From: a virus | Strand: one strand, 5' to 3' | UHGV virus genome: UHGV-0885819 | Length of the DNA: 13,646 bases | Shown here: positions 1 through 7,901 of the stretch, one piece after another | Numbering within the stretch: the first letter of the stretch is position 1 | Layout of the letters: every line of letters starts with the position of its first letter | Position numbers and translations under genes: made by a program | The notes under the pieces: generated by a model | The model's database searches: none | What the model was told of the DNA's origin: nothing | The model's input: only the letters and a program-made list of their open reading frames with translations

Positions 1-335
1 AAGTGCTCGCAACATTCGCTTATGCGGATTATTGCCGTAGTGCCGCGACGCCGGGCGCAAGATGCAGAGATTGCCACGGTACAGGCCGTGCGGTTGATAT
101 AGCCAAAACGGAGCAGTGGGGGAGAGTTGTTGAGAAAGAGTGCGGAAGATGCAAAGGCGTCGGTTATTCAAGGATGCCAGCAAGCGCCGCATATCGCGCT
201 GTAACGATGCTAATCCCAAACCTTACCCAACCCACCTGGTCACGCACTGTTAAGCCGCTGTATGACGCTCTAGTGGTGCAATGCCACAAGGAAGAGTCAA
301 TCGCAGACAACATTTTGAACGCGGTCACACGTTAG
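1..335 (+). CDS. Q: Late antiterminator Q, C-terminal part only (5' end lies outside the window; stop TAG 333-335)
   Basis: Translation ends ...ADNILNAVTR and contains a CxxC...CxxC zinc-binding pattern (CRDCHGTGR...CGRCKG). It lies directly upstream of a lambda-type pR'/tR' leader. The GTG at 3 in the ORF track is not the real start. Confidence 0.8.
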   Translation, partial: VLATFAYADYCRSAATPGARCRDCHGTGRAVDIAKTEQWGRVVEKECGRCKGVGYSRMPASAAYRAVTMLIPNLTQPTWSRTVKPLYDALVVQCHKEESIADNILNAVTR

Positions 336-377
336 CAGCATGATTGCCACGGATGGCAACATATTAACGGCATAATA

Positions 378-413
378 TTGACTTTTTGAATAAAGTTGGG
401 TAAATTTGACTCA
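378..413 (+). promoter_or_regulatory. Late promoter pR' (-35 TTGACT 378-383, 17-nt spacer, -10 TAAATT 401-406, start near 413) with the Q-utilisation (qut) region
   Basis: Hexamers with canonical spacing seen directly. The sequence is nearly the same as lambda pR' as I recall it, and the distance from the predicted start to tR' (about 190 nt) matches the lambda 6S leader. Confidence 0.7.
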
Positions 414-605
414 ACGATGGGTTAATTCGCTCGTTGTGGTAGTGAGATGAAAAGAGGCGGTGCTTACTACCGATTCCGCCTAGTTGGTCACTTCGACGTA
501 TCGTCTGGAACTCCAACCATCGCAGGCTGAGAGGCCTGTAAAATGCAATCCCGAAACAGTTCGCAGGTAATAGTTAGAGCCTGCATAACGGTTTCGGGAT
601 TTTTA
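413..605 (+). ncRNA. Short pR' leader transcript (lambda 6S RNA equivalent) ending at tR'
   Basis: Inferred from the promoter start and the downstream intrinsic terminator; no protein-coding potential in this interval. Confidence 0.5.
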
Positions 606-608
606 TTT
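548..608 (+). terminator. tR' rho-independent terminator
   Basis: Perfect 10-bp inverted repeat ATCCCGAAAC (548-557) / GTTTCGGGAT (591-600) enclosing an inner GCAGG/CCTGC hairpin, followed by TTTTATTT (601-608). Confidence 0.8.
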
Positions 609-683
609 GGGTCAGTCGTATAAAGGTCATTACGGAAGGCTGTTAACCTTCTTATCGTGGTTCGAGTCCACGCTGTCCCGCCA
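609..683 (+). tRNA. tRNA-Asn (anticodon GTT), about 75 nt with encoded CCA
   Basis: Manual cloverleaf: acceptor GGGTCAG/CTGTCCC (one T-T mismatch), anticodon stem GAAGG/CCTTC, loop CTGTTAA, T-arm CGTGG-TTCGAGT-CCACG, discriminator G, CCA. Anticodon loop and T-arm resemble E. coli tRNA-Asn; the D-arm is atypical. Confidence 0.65.
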
Positions 684-688
684 AATAT

Positions 689-764
689 GCTGGTTTAGCT
701 CCAATGGTAGAGCAGTCGCCTTGTAAGCGAATGGGTAGCGGTTCAAGTCCGTTAACCAGCACCA
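689..764 (+). tRNA. tRNA-Thr (anticodon TGT), 76 nt with encoded CCA
   Basis: Manual cloverleaf: perfect 7-bp acceptor GCTGGTT/AACCAGC, D-arm GCTC-CAATGGTA-GAGC, anticodon loop CTTGTAA, T-arm AGCGG-TTCAAGT-CCGTT, discriminator A, CCA. The G27-A43 arrangement matches E. coli tRNA-Thr as I recall it. Confidence 0.75.
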
Positions 765-851
765 TAACTGAGCCGTAGCTACTGGCTATCCTGGATTCAT
801 CAGTGATAGTTATGCTGCGGCCTTCTACACATGACCTTCGTGAAAGCGGGT

Positions 852-886
852 GGCATGAGGTTGCGCTAACAACCTCCTGCCGTTTT
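852..886 (+). terminator. Stem-loop with a short T-run upstream of S (weak terminator or processing structure)
   Basis: GGCATGAGGTT (852-862) pairs with AACCTCCTGCC (871-881) at 10 of 11 positions, followed by GTTTTG. The equivalent hairpin is present in lambda. Confidence 0.3.
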
Positions 887-1006
887 GCCCGTGCATATCG
901 GTCACGAACAAATCTGATTACTAAACACAGTAGCCTGGATTTGTTCTATCAGTAATCGACCTTATTCCTAATTAAATAGAGCAAATCCCCTTATTGGGGG
1001 TAAGAC

Positions 1007-1330
1007 ATGATGATGCCAGAAAAACATGACCTGTTAGCCGCCATTCTCGCGGCAAAGGAACAAGGCATCGGGGCAATCCTTGCGTTTGCAATGGCGTACC
1101 TTCGCGGCAGATATAATGGCGGTGCGTTTACAAAAACAGTAATCGACGCAACGATGTGCGCCATTATCGCCTGGTTCATTCGTGACCTTCTCGACTTCGC
1201 CGGACTAAGTAGCAATCTCGCTTATATAACGAGCGTGTTCATCGGCTACATCGGTACTGACTCGATTGGTTCGCTTATCAAACGCTTCGCTGCTAAAAAA
1301 GCCGGAGTAGAAGATGGTGGAAATCAATAA
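1007..1330 (+). CDS. S: Class I holin S (107 aa; three consecutive ATG codons at 1007, 1010 and 1013, the third matching the lambda S105 start)
   Basis: Protein [39 protein letters not shown]... is almost identical to lambda S as I recall it, with three predicted transmembrane segments and a G-run ahead of the start. Confidence 0.9.
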   Translation: MMMPEKHDLLAAILAAKEQGIGAILAFAMAYLRGRYNGGAFTKTVIDATMCAIIAWFIRDLLDFAGLSSNLAYITSVFIGYIGTDSIGSLIKRFAAKKAGVEDGGNQ

Positions 1331-1790
1331 TCAACGTAAGGCGTTCCTCGATATGCTGGCGTGGTCGGAGGGAACTGATAACGGACGGCAGAAAACCAGA
1401 AATCATGGTTATGACGTCATTGTAGGCGGAGAGCTATTCACTGATTACTCCGATCACCCTCGCAAACTTGTCACGCTAAACCCAAAGCTCAAATCAACAG
1501 CCGCCGGACGTTACCAGCTTCTTTCACGTTGGTGGGATGCCTACCGCAAGCAACTTGGCCTGAAAGACTTCTCTCCCAAAAGCCAGGACGCAGTGGCATT
1601 GCAGCAGATTAAAGAGCGTGGCGCTTTACCGATGATTGATCGCGGTGATATTCGTCAGGCTATCGACCGTTGCAGCAATATCTGGGCTTCACTGCCGGGC
1701 GCTGGTTATGGTCAGTTCGAGCATAAGGCTGACAGCCTGATTGCAAAATTCAAAGAAGCAGGCGGAACGGTCAGAGAGATTGAGGTATGA
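1314..1790 (+). CDS. R: Endolysin R (lytic transglycosylase, 158 aa)
   Basis: Protein [39 protein letters not shown]... matches lambda R in sequence and length. Its start overlaps the end of S and its stop overlaps the Rz start (ATGA). Confidence 0.9.
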   Translation: MVEINNQRKAFLDMLAWSEGTDNGRQKTRNHGYDVIVGGELFTDYSDHPRKLVTLNPKLKSTAAGRYQLLSRWWDAYRKQLGLKDFSPKSQDAVALQQIKERGALPMIDRGDIRQAIDRCSNIWASLPGAGYGQFEHKADSLIAKFKEAGGTVREIEV

Positions 1791-2224
1791 GCAGAGTAAC
1801 CGCGATTATCTCCGCTCTGGTTATCTGTATCATCGTCTGCCTGTCATGGGCTGTTAATCATTACCGTGATAACGCAATCGCCTACAAAGAGCAGCGCGAT
1901 AAGGCCACATCCACAATCGCTGACATGCAGAAGCGTCAACGTGATGTAGCAGAACTCGACGCCAGATACACAAAGGAGCTTGCTGATGCTAACGCGACTA
2001 TCGAAAGTCTCCGTGCTGATGTTTCTGCTGGGCGTAAGCGCCTGCAAGTCGCCGCCACCTGTGCAAAGTCAACGACCGGAGCCAGCGGCATGGGCAATGG
2101 AGAAAGCCCAAGACTTACAGCAGATGCTGAACTCAATTATTACCGTCTACGAAGTGGAATCGACAGGATAACCGCGCAGGTTAACTACCTGCAGGAGTAC
2201 ATCAGGACGCAATGCCTGAAATAA
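1787..2224 (+). CDS. Rz: i-spanin Rz (145 aa, inner-membrane subunit)
   Basis: N-terminal transmembrane helix ([16 protein letters not shown]) followed by a charged coiled-coil region. Position and N-terminus match lambda Rz; the central and C-terminal parts diverge from lambda. Confidence 0.85.
   Translation: MSRVTAIISALVICIIVCLSWAVNHYRDNAIAYKEQRDKATSTIADMQKRQRDVAELDARYTKELADANATIESLRADVSAGRKRLQVAATCAKSTTGASGMGNGESPRLTADAELNYYRLRSGIDRITAQVNYLQEYIRTQCLK
1986..2171 (+). CDS. Rz1: o-spanin Rz1 (outer-membrane lipoprotein embedded in the +1 frame of Rz)
   Basis: ATG at 1986 sits 8 nt after AAGGAG. The signal peptide [20 protein letters not shown] ends in a lipobox cysteine and is followed by a proline-rich stretch. 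Fully nested within Rz, as in lambda. Confidence 0.75.
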   Translation: MLTRLSKVSVLMFLLGVSACKSPPPVQSQRPEPAAWAMEKAQDLQQMLNSIITVYEVESTG

Positions 2225-2256
2225 TTTTTTTGCAAATCACAAAGTCAATTTAATGA

Positions 2257-2281
2257 GCCTCGCGATGCGGGGCTTTTTATT
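2257..2281 (+). terminator. Intrinsic terminator after Rz
   Basis: GC-rich 7-bp stem GCCTCGC / GCGGGGC with a 3-nt loop, followed by TTTTTATT. Confidence 0.5.
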
Positions 2282-2302
2282 CCCAACTCTATAGGTAATT
2301 TT

Positions 2303-2803
2303 ATGACCCAGCATATTGGCGTAAAACTGATTAACGCCTTTCCGATGACGAGACAGGCATATAACGATTTTCGTGGCTGGCAGCTTCCTGCCGGAGAAAA
2401 CGGCGAGGAAGAAGGCTATCTGGTTGAATATCTGGATGGCGGAAAACCTAACACCGATCGCTTTGATGGCTACGTTAGCTGGAGTCCAAAAGAAGTATTC
2501 GAAAAGGCTTATCGTCCGGTATCAGGGCTAAGTTTCGGCCTTGCCATCGAAGCACTCAAACTGGGTAAGAAAGTTACCCGCGCTGGCTGGAATGGGAAAG
2601 GCATGTATCTGCAATTAGTTCAGCCACCGCAATCAGCCACTCCGAATGATTGGCGTTATGACGTTACATGTGGTGACGAGTATACATTTGTTCCTGGTGT
2701 AAAACTTCTTCCCTGGATTGGGATGAAGACTGCTGATTGTAAATTTGTTCCGTGGTTGGCGAGTCAGACTGATGTTCTGGCTGAAGACTGGCAAATCATT
2801 TAA
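2303..2803 (+). CDS. 166-aa two-domain accessory protein: unrecognised N-terminal domain plus a C-terminal DUF2829-like (Tad2-like) domain
   Basis: Clean ORF in the post-lysis accessory slot. The C-terminal half carries GWNGKGM and a [17 protein letters not shown] tail, which I recognise as DUF2829 hallmarks. The domain call is from memory, not from a search. Confidence 0.75.
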   Translation: MTQHIGVKLINAFPMTRQAYNDFRGWQLPAGENGEEEGYLVEYLDGGKPNTDRFDGYVSWSPKEVFEKAYRPVSGLSFGLAIEALKLGKKVTRAGWNGKGMYLQLVQPPQSATPNDWRYDVTCGDEYTFVPGVKLLPWIGMKTADCKFVPWLASQTDVLAEDWQII

Positions 2804-2819
2804 CCATGTAGGCATTACA

Positions 2820-2841
2820 AAGCCCATCTACTGGTGGGCTT
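2820..2841 (+). promoter_or_regulatory. Stem-loop in the 233-bp spacer after the 166-aa gene
   Basis: Perfect 7-bp stem AAGCCCA / TGGGCTT with an 8-nt loop and no following T-run. Confidence 0.3.
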
Positions 2842-3036
2842 GATAATGAAACCGGAATTTATTCTGGGCAACCAGTTACGGCAGTACAGCGAAACAACCC
2901 AAGCCAGTAAGTGGGGAAATAACACTGGCAGCCACTGAAAGATGAACCTCCAGCCTTATGGCAAAAAAGATTCTTTGTGGTGGCGGACTGATGGAAAGAC
3001 ATCCTAATCAAGCAACTACTCTACAGGGTCATAATT

Positions 3037-3375
3037 ATGAACGACCAGCAAATCGAAAAAGAAATCGTTGAGAAAGGCAAAACGGCACCGCGCGTTACGC
3101 CAGACCATATCGAAAGCATTATTCTTGCGGAAACGTACTTCACTGCTGCTGATGGGGCTATTGCAACTGGCGATGACTATCACGACAGTTTGGCTCTGCT
3201 GACATTTTGTGTATTGACTCTACAAAATGGCTTCACCGTCACCGGTGAAAGCGCTTGCGCCAGTCCTGAAAACTTTGATGCAGAAATTGGTCGGAAGATT
3301 GCCCGGCAAAATGCTGTAAACAAAATCTGGATGCTCGAAGGTTACTTGCTGAAGCAGAAGCTAAGCGAACAGTAG
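3037..3375 (+). CDS. Conserved phage protein of unknown function (112 aa), possibly the N4 gp49 / Sf6 gp66 family
   Basis: ORF preceded by an AGGG Shine-Dalgarno-like motif. Motifs YFTAADG and GESACASPENFDAEIGRKIA look familiar from lambdoid prophage proteins placed ahead of terminase genes; the family assignment is uncertain. Confidence 0.75.
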   Translation: MNDQQIEKEIVEKGKTAPRVTPDHIESIILAETYFTAADGAIATGDDYHDSLALLTFCVLTLQNGFTVTGESACASPENFDAEIGRKIARQNAVNKIWMLEGYLLKQKLSEQ

Positions 3376-3478
3376 TTATTACAAAAGCCATTCCCTACAG
3401 AGTGGCTTTGACAATGGCTTATACCCTACACGGGATAACTTAACTGATATCCCTTTTAACGGATAAACGGAGCCAACA

Positions 3479-3691
3479 ATGGCAGAGATTATTCCCATGA
3501 CTGAAGAACAGAAATTCAAGTTAGAAATTTACCGACTGCTATCTAAGAACAATTCAGCGGCAGAGGAAGCTTTTGCATTCATTGGTGCTGACCAGCTGAA
3601 ACTGGAATTGTTCAAGTTGCACTACAACGATGGCGGTGCAAATCCAGACTTCACATCTCGCACTATCGAAGCGGTGCGTAAATCGAAGTAA
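3479..3691 (+). CDS. Small hypothetical protein (70 aa)
   Basis: ORF with GGAG 8 nt upstream of the ATG, predicted helical, no recognisable motif. Sits immediately upstream of the small terminase gene. Confidence 0.55.
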   Translation: MAEIIPMTEEQKFKLEIYRLLSKNNSAAEEAFAFIGADQLKLELFKLHYNDGGANPDFTSRTIEAVRKSK

Positions 3692-3756
3692 GCGTTAGAC
3701 CTGTTCACTACCGGAGCATGACGCTCAACCTGAAATAACAACTAAGTGAGATGAAT

Positions 3757-4245
3757 ATGGCAGCACCAAAGGGCAACCGATTTTGGGAGGCCCGCAGTAG
3801 TCATGGGCGAAATCCTAAATTCGAATCGCCTGAGGCGCTGTGGGCTGCTTGTTGTGAATACTTCGAGTGGGTAGAAGCTAACCCGCTATGGGAGATGAAG
3901 GCGTTCTCGTATCAGGGTGAAGTGATACAAGAGCCTATCGCCAAGATGCGAGCGATGACCATTACCGGCCTCACTCTGTTCATTGATGTGACGCTTGAAA
4001 CATGGCGCACATATCGCCTGCGAGAAGATTTATCTGAAGTCGTTACGCGAGCAGAGCAGGTCATCTACGACCAGAAATTCTCTGGCGCAGCCGCTGACCT
4101 TCTCAACGCTAACATAATCGCCCGTGATTTGGGCCTCAAAGAGCAGTCGCAAGTTGAAGACGTGACACCTGATAAGGGAGATCGCGATAAGCGGCGCTCT
4201 CGTATCAAGGAGCTATTCAACCGTGGAACTGGACGCGATTCTTGA
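3757..4245 (+). CDS. 3: Terminase small subunit, P22 gp3-like (162 aa from ATG 3757; an in-frame ATG at 3751 is an alternative start)
   Basis: Protein [48 protein letters not shown]... matches P22 gp3 as I recall it, including length, and is followed by the large terminase gene. Confidence 0.85.
   Translation: MAAPKGNRFWEARSSHGRNPKFESPEALWAACCEYFEWVEANPLWEMKAFSYQGEVIQEPIAKMRAMTITGLTLFIDVTLETWRTYRLREDLSEVVTRAEQVIYDQKFSGAAADLLNANIIARDLGLKEQSQVEDVTPDKGDRDKRRSRIKELFNRGTGRDS
4024..4045 (+). other. pac-like site for headful packaging initiation, inside the small terminase gene
   Basis: GAAGATTTATCTGAAGTCGTTA matches the 22-bp P22 pac sequence as I recall it, and it lies within the gp3 homologue (peptide REDLSEVVT) as the P22 pac site does. 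Confidence 0.5.
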
Positions 4246-5722
4246 TAACCTGAGCGACGAAGAGCAAATAGAATTGCTCGAACTACTCGAAGAAGAAGAG
4301 AACTACCGGAACACACACCTGCTATATGAATTTACGCCATACAGCAAACAGCGTGAGTTCATCGACGCCGGACATGACTATCCAGAGCGATGTTTTATGG
4401 CTGGTAACCAGCTTGGTAAGTCATTTACTGGTGCTGCTGAAGTCGCGTTTCACCTTACAGGGCGTTATCCGGGCACAAAAGGCTATCCTGCTGATGGTAA
4501 ATATGGCGGTGAGTGGAAAGGTAAGCGTTTCTATGAGCCTGTTGTCTTTTGGATTGGTGGCGAGACAAACGAGACTGTAACCAAAACGACTCAACGCATC
4601 CTGTGCGGTCGTATCGAAGAGAATGATGAGCCTGGCTACGGTTCCATACCGAAAGAAGACATCATTAGCTGGAAGAAGTCTCCTTTCTTTCCGAACCTTG
4701 TTGATCATCTTCTGGTTAAGCATCACACGGCTGATGGCGTTGAAGATGGCATTTCAATCTGCTACTTCAAGCCATACTCGCAAGGCCGCGCTCGCTGGCA
4801 GGGTGACACAATCCACGGCGTGTGGTTTGACGAAGAGCCACCATACAGCATTTATGGCGAAGGTCTTACCCGTACCAACAAATACGGGCAATTCTCAATT
4901 CTGACGTTTACCCCGCTGATGGGGATGTCTGACGTTGTTACCAAGTTACTGAAGAATCCCAGCAAGTCGCAGAAAGTGGTCAACATGACCATCTATGACG
5001 CTGAGCACTACACCGACGAGCAGAAAGAGCAAATCATCGCATCCTATCCTGAGCATGAGAGAGAGGCGCGTGCTCGCGGTATTCCTACGATGGGTAGTGG
5101 TCGAATCTTCCAGATACCGGAAGAGACGATTAAGTGTCAGCCGTTCGAGTGTCCTGATCACTTCTACGTAATTGGCGGGATGGATTTTGGATGGGATCAC
5201 CCGCAGGCGCAGGTTCAGCTTTGGTGGGATAAGGACGCAGACACAATCTACGTTTCACGCGTGTGGAAGGCGAAAGAAAAAACAGCCGTTCAGGCATGGG
5301 GAGCTGTTAAATCATGGGCGCATAAAGTGCCAACCGCATGGCCTCATGACGGAAACCAGCACGAGAAGGGCGGCGGTGAGCAGCTCAAAGGGCAGTATGC
5401 AGATGCTGGTTTTATGATGTTGCAGGAGCATGCGACATGGCCTGATGGCGGTAATGCTGTGGAGCCTGGCATCACTGAATTGCGCGACATGATGCTCGAT
5501 GGTCGCTTCAAAGTATTCAACACCTGTGAGCCATTCTTTGAGGAGTTCCGCCTCTATCACCGTGATGAAAACGGGAAAATCGTCAAGCTTAACGACGACG
5601 TGCTATCCGCCGTTCGCTATGCATACATGATGCGCCGCTTCGCAAAAATGATGCGCGACATCAAAAAACCAAAAGAGAAAAAGATACCAGCCCCAATCAG
5701 GCCCATCGCACGGAGAACTTAA
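4223..5722 (+). CDS. 2: Terminase large subunit, P22 gp2-like (499 aa, GTG start overlapping the end of the small terminase gene by 23 nt)
   Basis: Protein [37 protein letters not shown]... with an ATPase-like region and a C-terminal nuclease region. AAGGAG lies 10 nt upstream of the GTG; length matches P22 gp2. Confidence 0.9.
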   Translation: MELDAILDNLSDEEQIELLELLEEEENYRNTHLLYEFTPYSKQREFIDAGHDYPERCFMAGNQLGKSFTGAAEVAFHLTGRYPGTKGYPADGKYGGEWKGKRFYEPVVFWIGGETNETVTKTTQRILCGRIEENDEPGYGSIPKEDIISWKKSPFFPNLVDHLLVKHHTADGVEDGISICYFKPYSQGRARWQGDTIHGVWFDEEPPYSIYGEGLTRTNKYGQFSILTFTPLMGMSDVVTKLLKNPSKSQKVVNMTIYDAEHYTDEQKEQIIASYPEHEREARARGIPTMGSGRIFQIPEETIKCQPFECPDHFYVIGGMDFGWDHPQAQVQLWWDKDADTIYVSRVWKAKEKTAVQAWGAVKSWAHKVPTAWPHDGNQHEKGGGEQLKGQYADAGFMMLQEHATWPDGGNAVEPGITELRDMMLDGRFKVFNTCEPFFEEFRLYHRDENGKIVKLNDDVLSAVRYAYMMRRFAKMMRDIKKPKEKKIPAPIRPIARRT

Positions 5723-7888
5723 ATGGCCGACGAAAACAGACTCAATTCCATTCTGTGTAAGTTTGACGCAGACTGGATGGCGAGCGATGAAGCCAGAACC
5801 GAGGCGACAAATGACCTGTATTTTAGCCGAGTGTCGCAATGGGATGACTGGCTATCAAACTACACGACCCTGCAATATCGCGGACAATTCGATGTTGTTC
5901 GCCCGGTGGTCAGGAAACTGGTCGCAGAGATGCGCCGTAACCCTATCGACGTTCTCTTCAGACCAAAAGACGGCGCTAATCCTGATGCTGCCGATGTGTT
6001 GATGGGGATGTATCGTACTGATATGCGCCATAACACGGCAAAGATTGCTGTTAACGTTGGCGTTCGTGAGCAGATAGAGTCCGGCGTTGGTGCATGGCGT
6101 CTGGTCACGCAGTACGAAGACAACGACCCAACAAGCAACAATCAGGTAATCCGACGCCTTCCAATCCATGAAGCCTGCTCACACGTCATATGGGACGCCA
6201 ACAGCAAGCAGATGGATAAGAGCGACGCTAAGCACTGCACGGTGATTAACGCTTTGTCACGCAATGGCTGGAAAGAGTTCGCAGAGGATTACGGTATTGA
6301 TCCTGACACCCTGCCATCTTTCCAGAATCCGAACGACACATGGCTGTTTCCGTGGGTATCGAATGATGTCGTCTACGTCGCTGAGTATTACGAGGTCGAA
6401 GAGAAGAAAGAGAAGGTCTTCATCTACCGCGACCCGCTGACAGGTGAGCCGGTCAGCTATTACCAGCAGGATATCAAAGACGTCATCGACGACCTGGCTA
6501 ATCGTGGATTCATTAAGGTAGCAGAGCGCAAGGTGAAGCGTCGGCGTGTGTATAAGTCGATCATCACCTGCACGCAGATACTGAAAGACCGCGAGAAGAT
6601 AGCCGGAGAGCATATTCCAATCGTTCCAGTGTATGGCGAATGGTCATTCGCTGGTGACAAGGAGTGCTACGAAGGAGTGGTAAGGCTGACGAAAGACGGT
6701 CAGCGCCTTCGTAACATGATCATGTCATTCAACGCCGATATTGTTGCTCGTTCACCGAAGAAGAAACCGACCTTCTTCCCTGAGCAAATCGAAGGCTACG
6801 AATACATGTACGGTGGAAATGACGACTATCCGTACTATCTGCAGAACAAGACCGATGAAAACGGTAACGACCTGCCGATTGGTCCAATCTCCTACATGGA
6901 AAACCCTGAAGTACCGCAGGCCAACGCTTACATGCTTGAGGCTGCCACCAACGCAGTGAAAGAGGTGGCTAGTCTTGGCGTGGATGCGCAGGCGGCAAAT
7001 GGTCAGGTCGCTTTCGATACCGTCAATCAACTGAACATGCGGGCAGACCTTGAGACATACGTGTTTCAGGATAACCTGGCTACCGCAATGCGACGTGATG
7101 GCGAGATTTATGCCTCAATGGTCAACGATATTTATGACGTTCCTCGTCATGTAACGCTGACACTTGAAGATGGAAGCGAGAAAGACGTTCAACTCTATGC
7201 GCAAGTTGTCGATTACCAGTCCGGCAATGTGGTCACACTCAACGACATTCGTGGTCGATATGAGTGCTATACGGACGTTGGGCCATCCTTCCAGAGCATG
7301 AAGGAACAGAACCGCGCAGAGATTCAGGAGTTACTCACCAAGGTTCCGCAAGGTACTCCAGAGTTCCAGATGCTGATGCTGCAATACTTCACGCTGCTTG
7401 ACGGTAAAGGCGTCGAGATGATGCGAGAGTACGCGAACAAGCAACTGGTGATGATGGGGCTGAAGAAACCAGAAACACCTGAAGAGATGGAGATGGTACA
7501 GCAGGCACAACAACAGCCGCAGCAGCCATCAGCAGAGCAAATTCAGGCGCAGGGTATCCTTCTGCAAGGTCAGGCTGAATTGCTCAAGGCAGAGAACCAA
7601 CAGGCGCAGATTCAGGTTGAAGCCGCCAAGGTTGAAGCCCAAAACCAACTCAACGCCGCGAAGATTGCAGAAATCTTCAACAATATGGACCTCGACAAGC
7701 AGGCAGAACTGCGTGAGTACCTCAAGCTCGTAGGTCAATTCCAGCAACAGCGCAGCAAAGATGCTCGTGCTAACGCTGAGCTGCTTCTTAAAGATGCAGA
7801 CCAGACTCATTCACAACGCATGGATTTCGCGAATCTTATGCGTCAAGTTCAAATCCCCTCCGGCGGAGTAGCCGAGACACCTCAATAA
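5723..7888 (+). CDS. 1: Portal protein, P22 gp1-like (721 aa)
   Basis: Start ATG directly follows the terminase stop (TAAATG) with GGAG upstream. Long Q/A/E-rich C-terminal helix is typical of the P22 portal barrel; position and size match. Confidence 0.9.
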   Translation: MADENRLNSILCKFDADWMASDEARTEATNDLYFSRVSQWDDWLSNYTTLQYRGQFDVVRPVVRKLVAEMRRNPIDVLFRPKDGANPDAADVLMGMYRTDMRHNTAKIAVNVGVREQIESGVGAWRLVTQYEDNDPTSNNQVIRRLPIHEACSHVIWDANSKQMDKSDAKHCTVINALSRNGWKEFAEDYGIDPDTLPSFQNPNDTWLFPWVSNDVVYVAEYYEVEEKKEKVFIYRDPLTGEPVSYYQQDIKDVIDDLANRGFIKVAERKVKRRRVYKSIITCTQILKDREKIAGEHIPIVPVYGEWSFAGDKECYEGVVRLTKDGQRLRNMIMSFNADIVARSPKKKPTFFPEQIEGYEYMYGGNDDYPYYLQNKTDENGNDLPIGPISYMENPEVPQANAYMLEAATNAVKEVASLGVDAQAANGQVAFDTVNQLNMRADLETYVFQDNLATAMRRDGEIYASMVNDIYDVPRHVTLTLEDGSEKDVQLYAQVVDYQSGNVVTLNDIRGRYECYTDVGPSFQSMKEQNRAEIQELLTKVPQGTPEFQMLMLQYFTLLDGKGVEMMREYANKQLVMMGLKKPETPEEMEMVQQAQQQPQQPSAEQIQAQGILLQGQAELLKAENQQAQIQVEAAKVEAQNQLNAAKIAEIFNNMDLDKQAELREYLKLVGQFQQQRSKDARANAELLLKDADQTHSQRMDFANLMRQVQIPSGGVAETPQ

Positions 7889-7901
7889 GAGAGAGTTAAT
7901 C

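Noticed and set aside
2846-2938. 30-codon ORF in the 233-bp spacer as a real gene
   Set aside because: It has no Shine-Dalgarno-like motif and no recognisable product, so I did not annotate it as a CDS, though the spacer itself is flagged as a finding.
4326-4904. Alternate-frame + strand ORFs (84 and 93 aa) inside the large terminase gene
   Set aside because: They are embedded in a confidently identified gene, lack ribosome-binding sites, and their products are low-complexity.
5855-6169. Minus-strand ORFs of 104 and 93 aa inside the portal gene
   Set aside because: They overlap the strongly supported portal reading frame on the opposite strand and have no independent support.
7490-7790. Q/A/E-rich low-complexity stretch that could be mistaken for a repeat array
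   Set aside because: It is in frame within the portal gene and corresponds to the long C-terminal helix of P22-type portals; it is not a nucleotide-level tandem repeat or CRISPR array.
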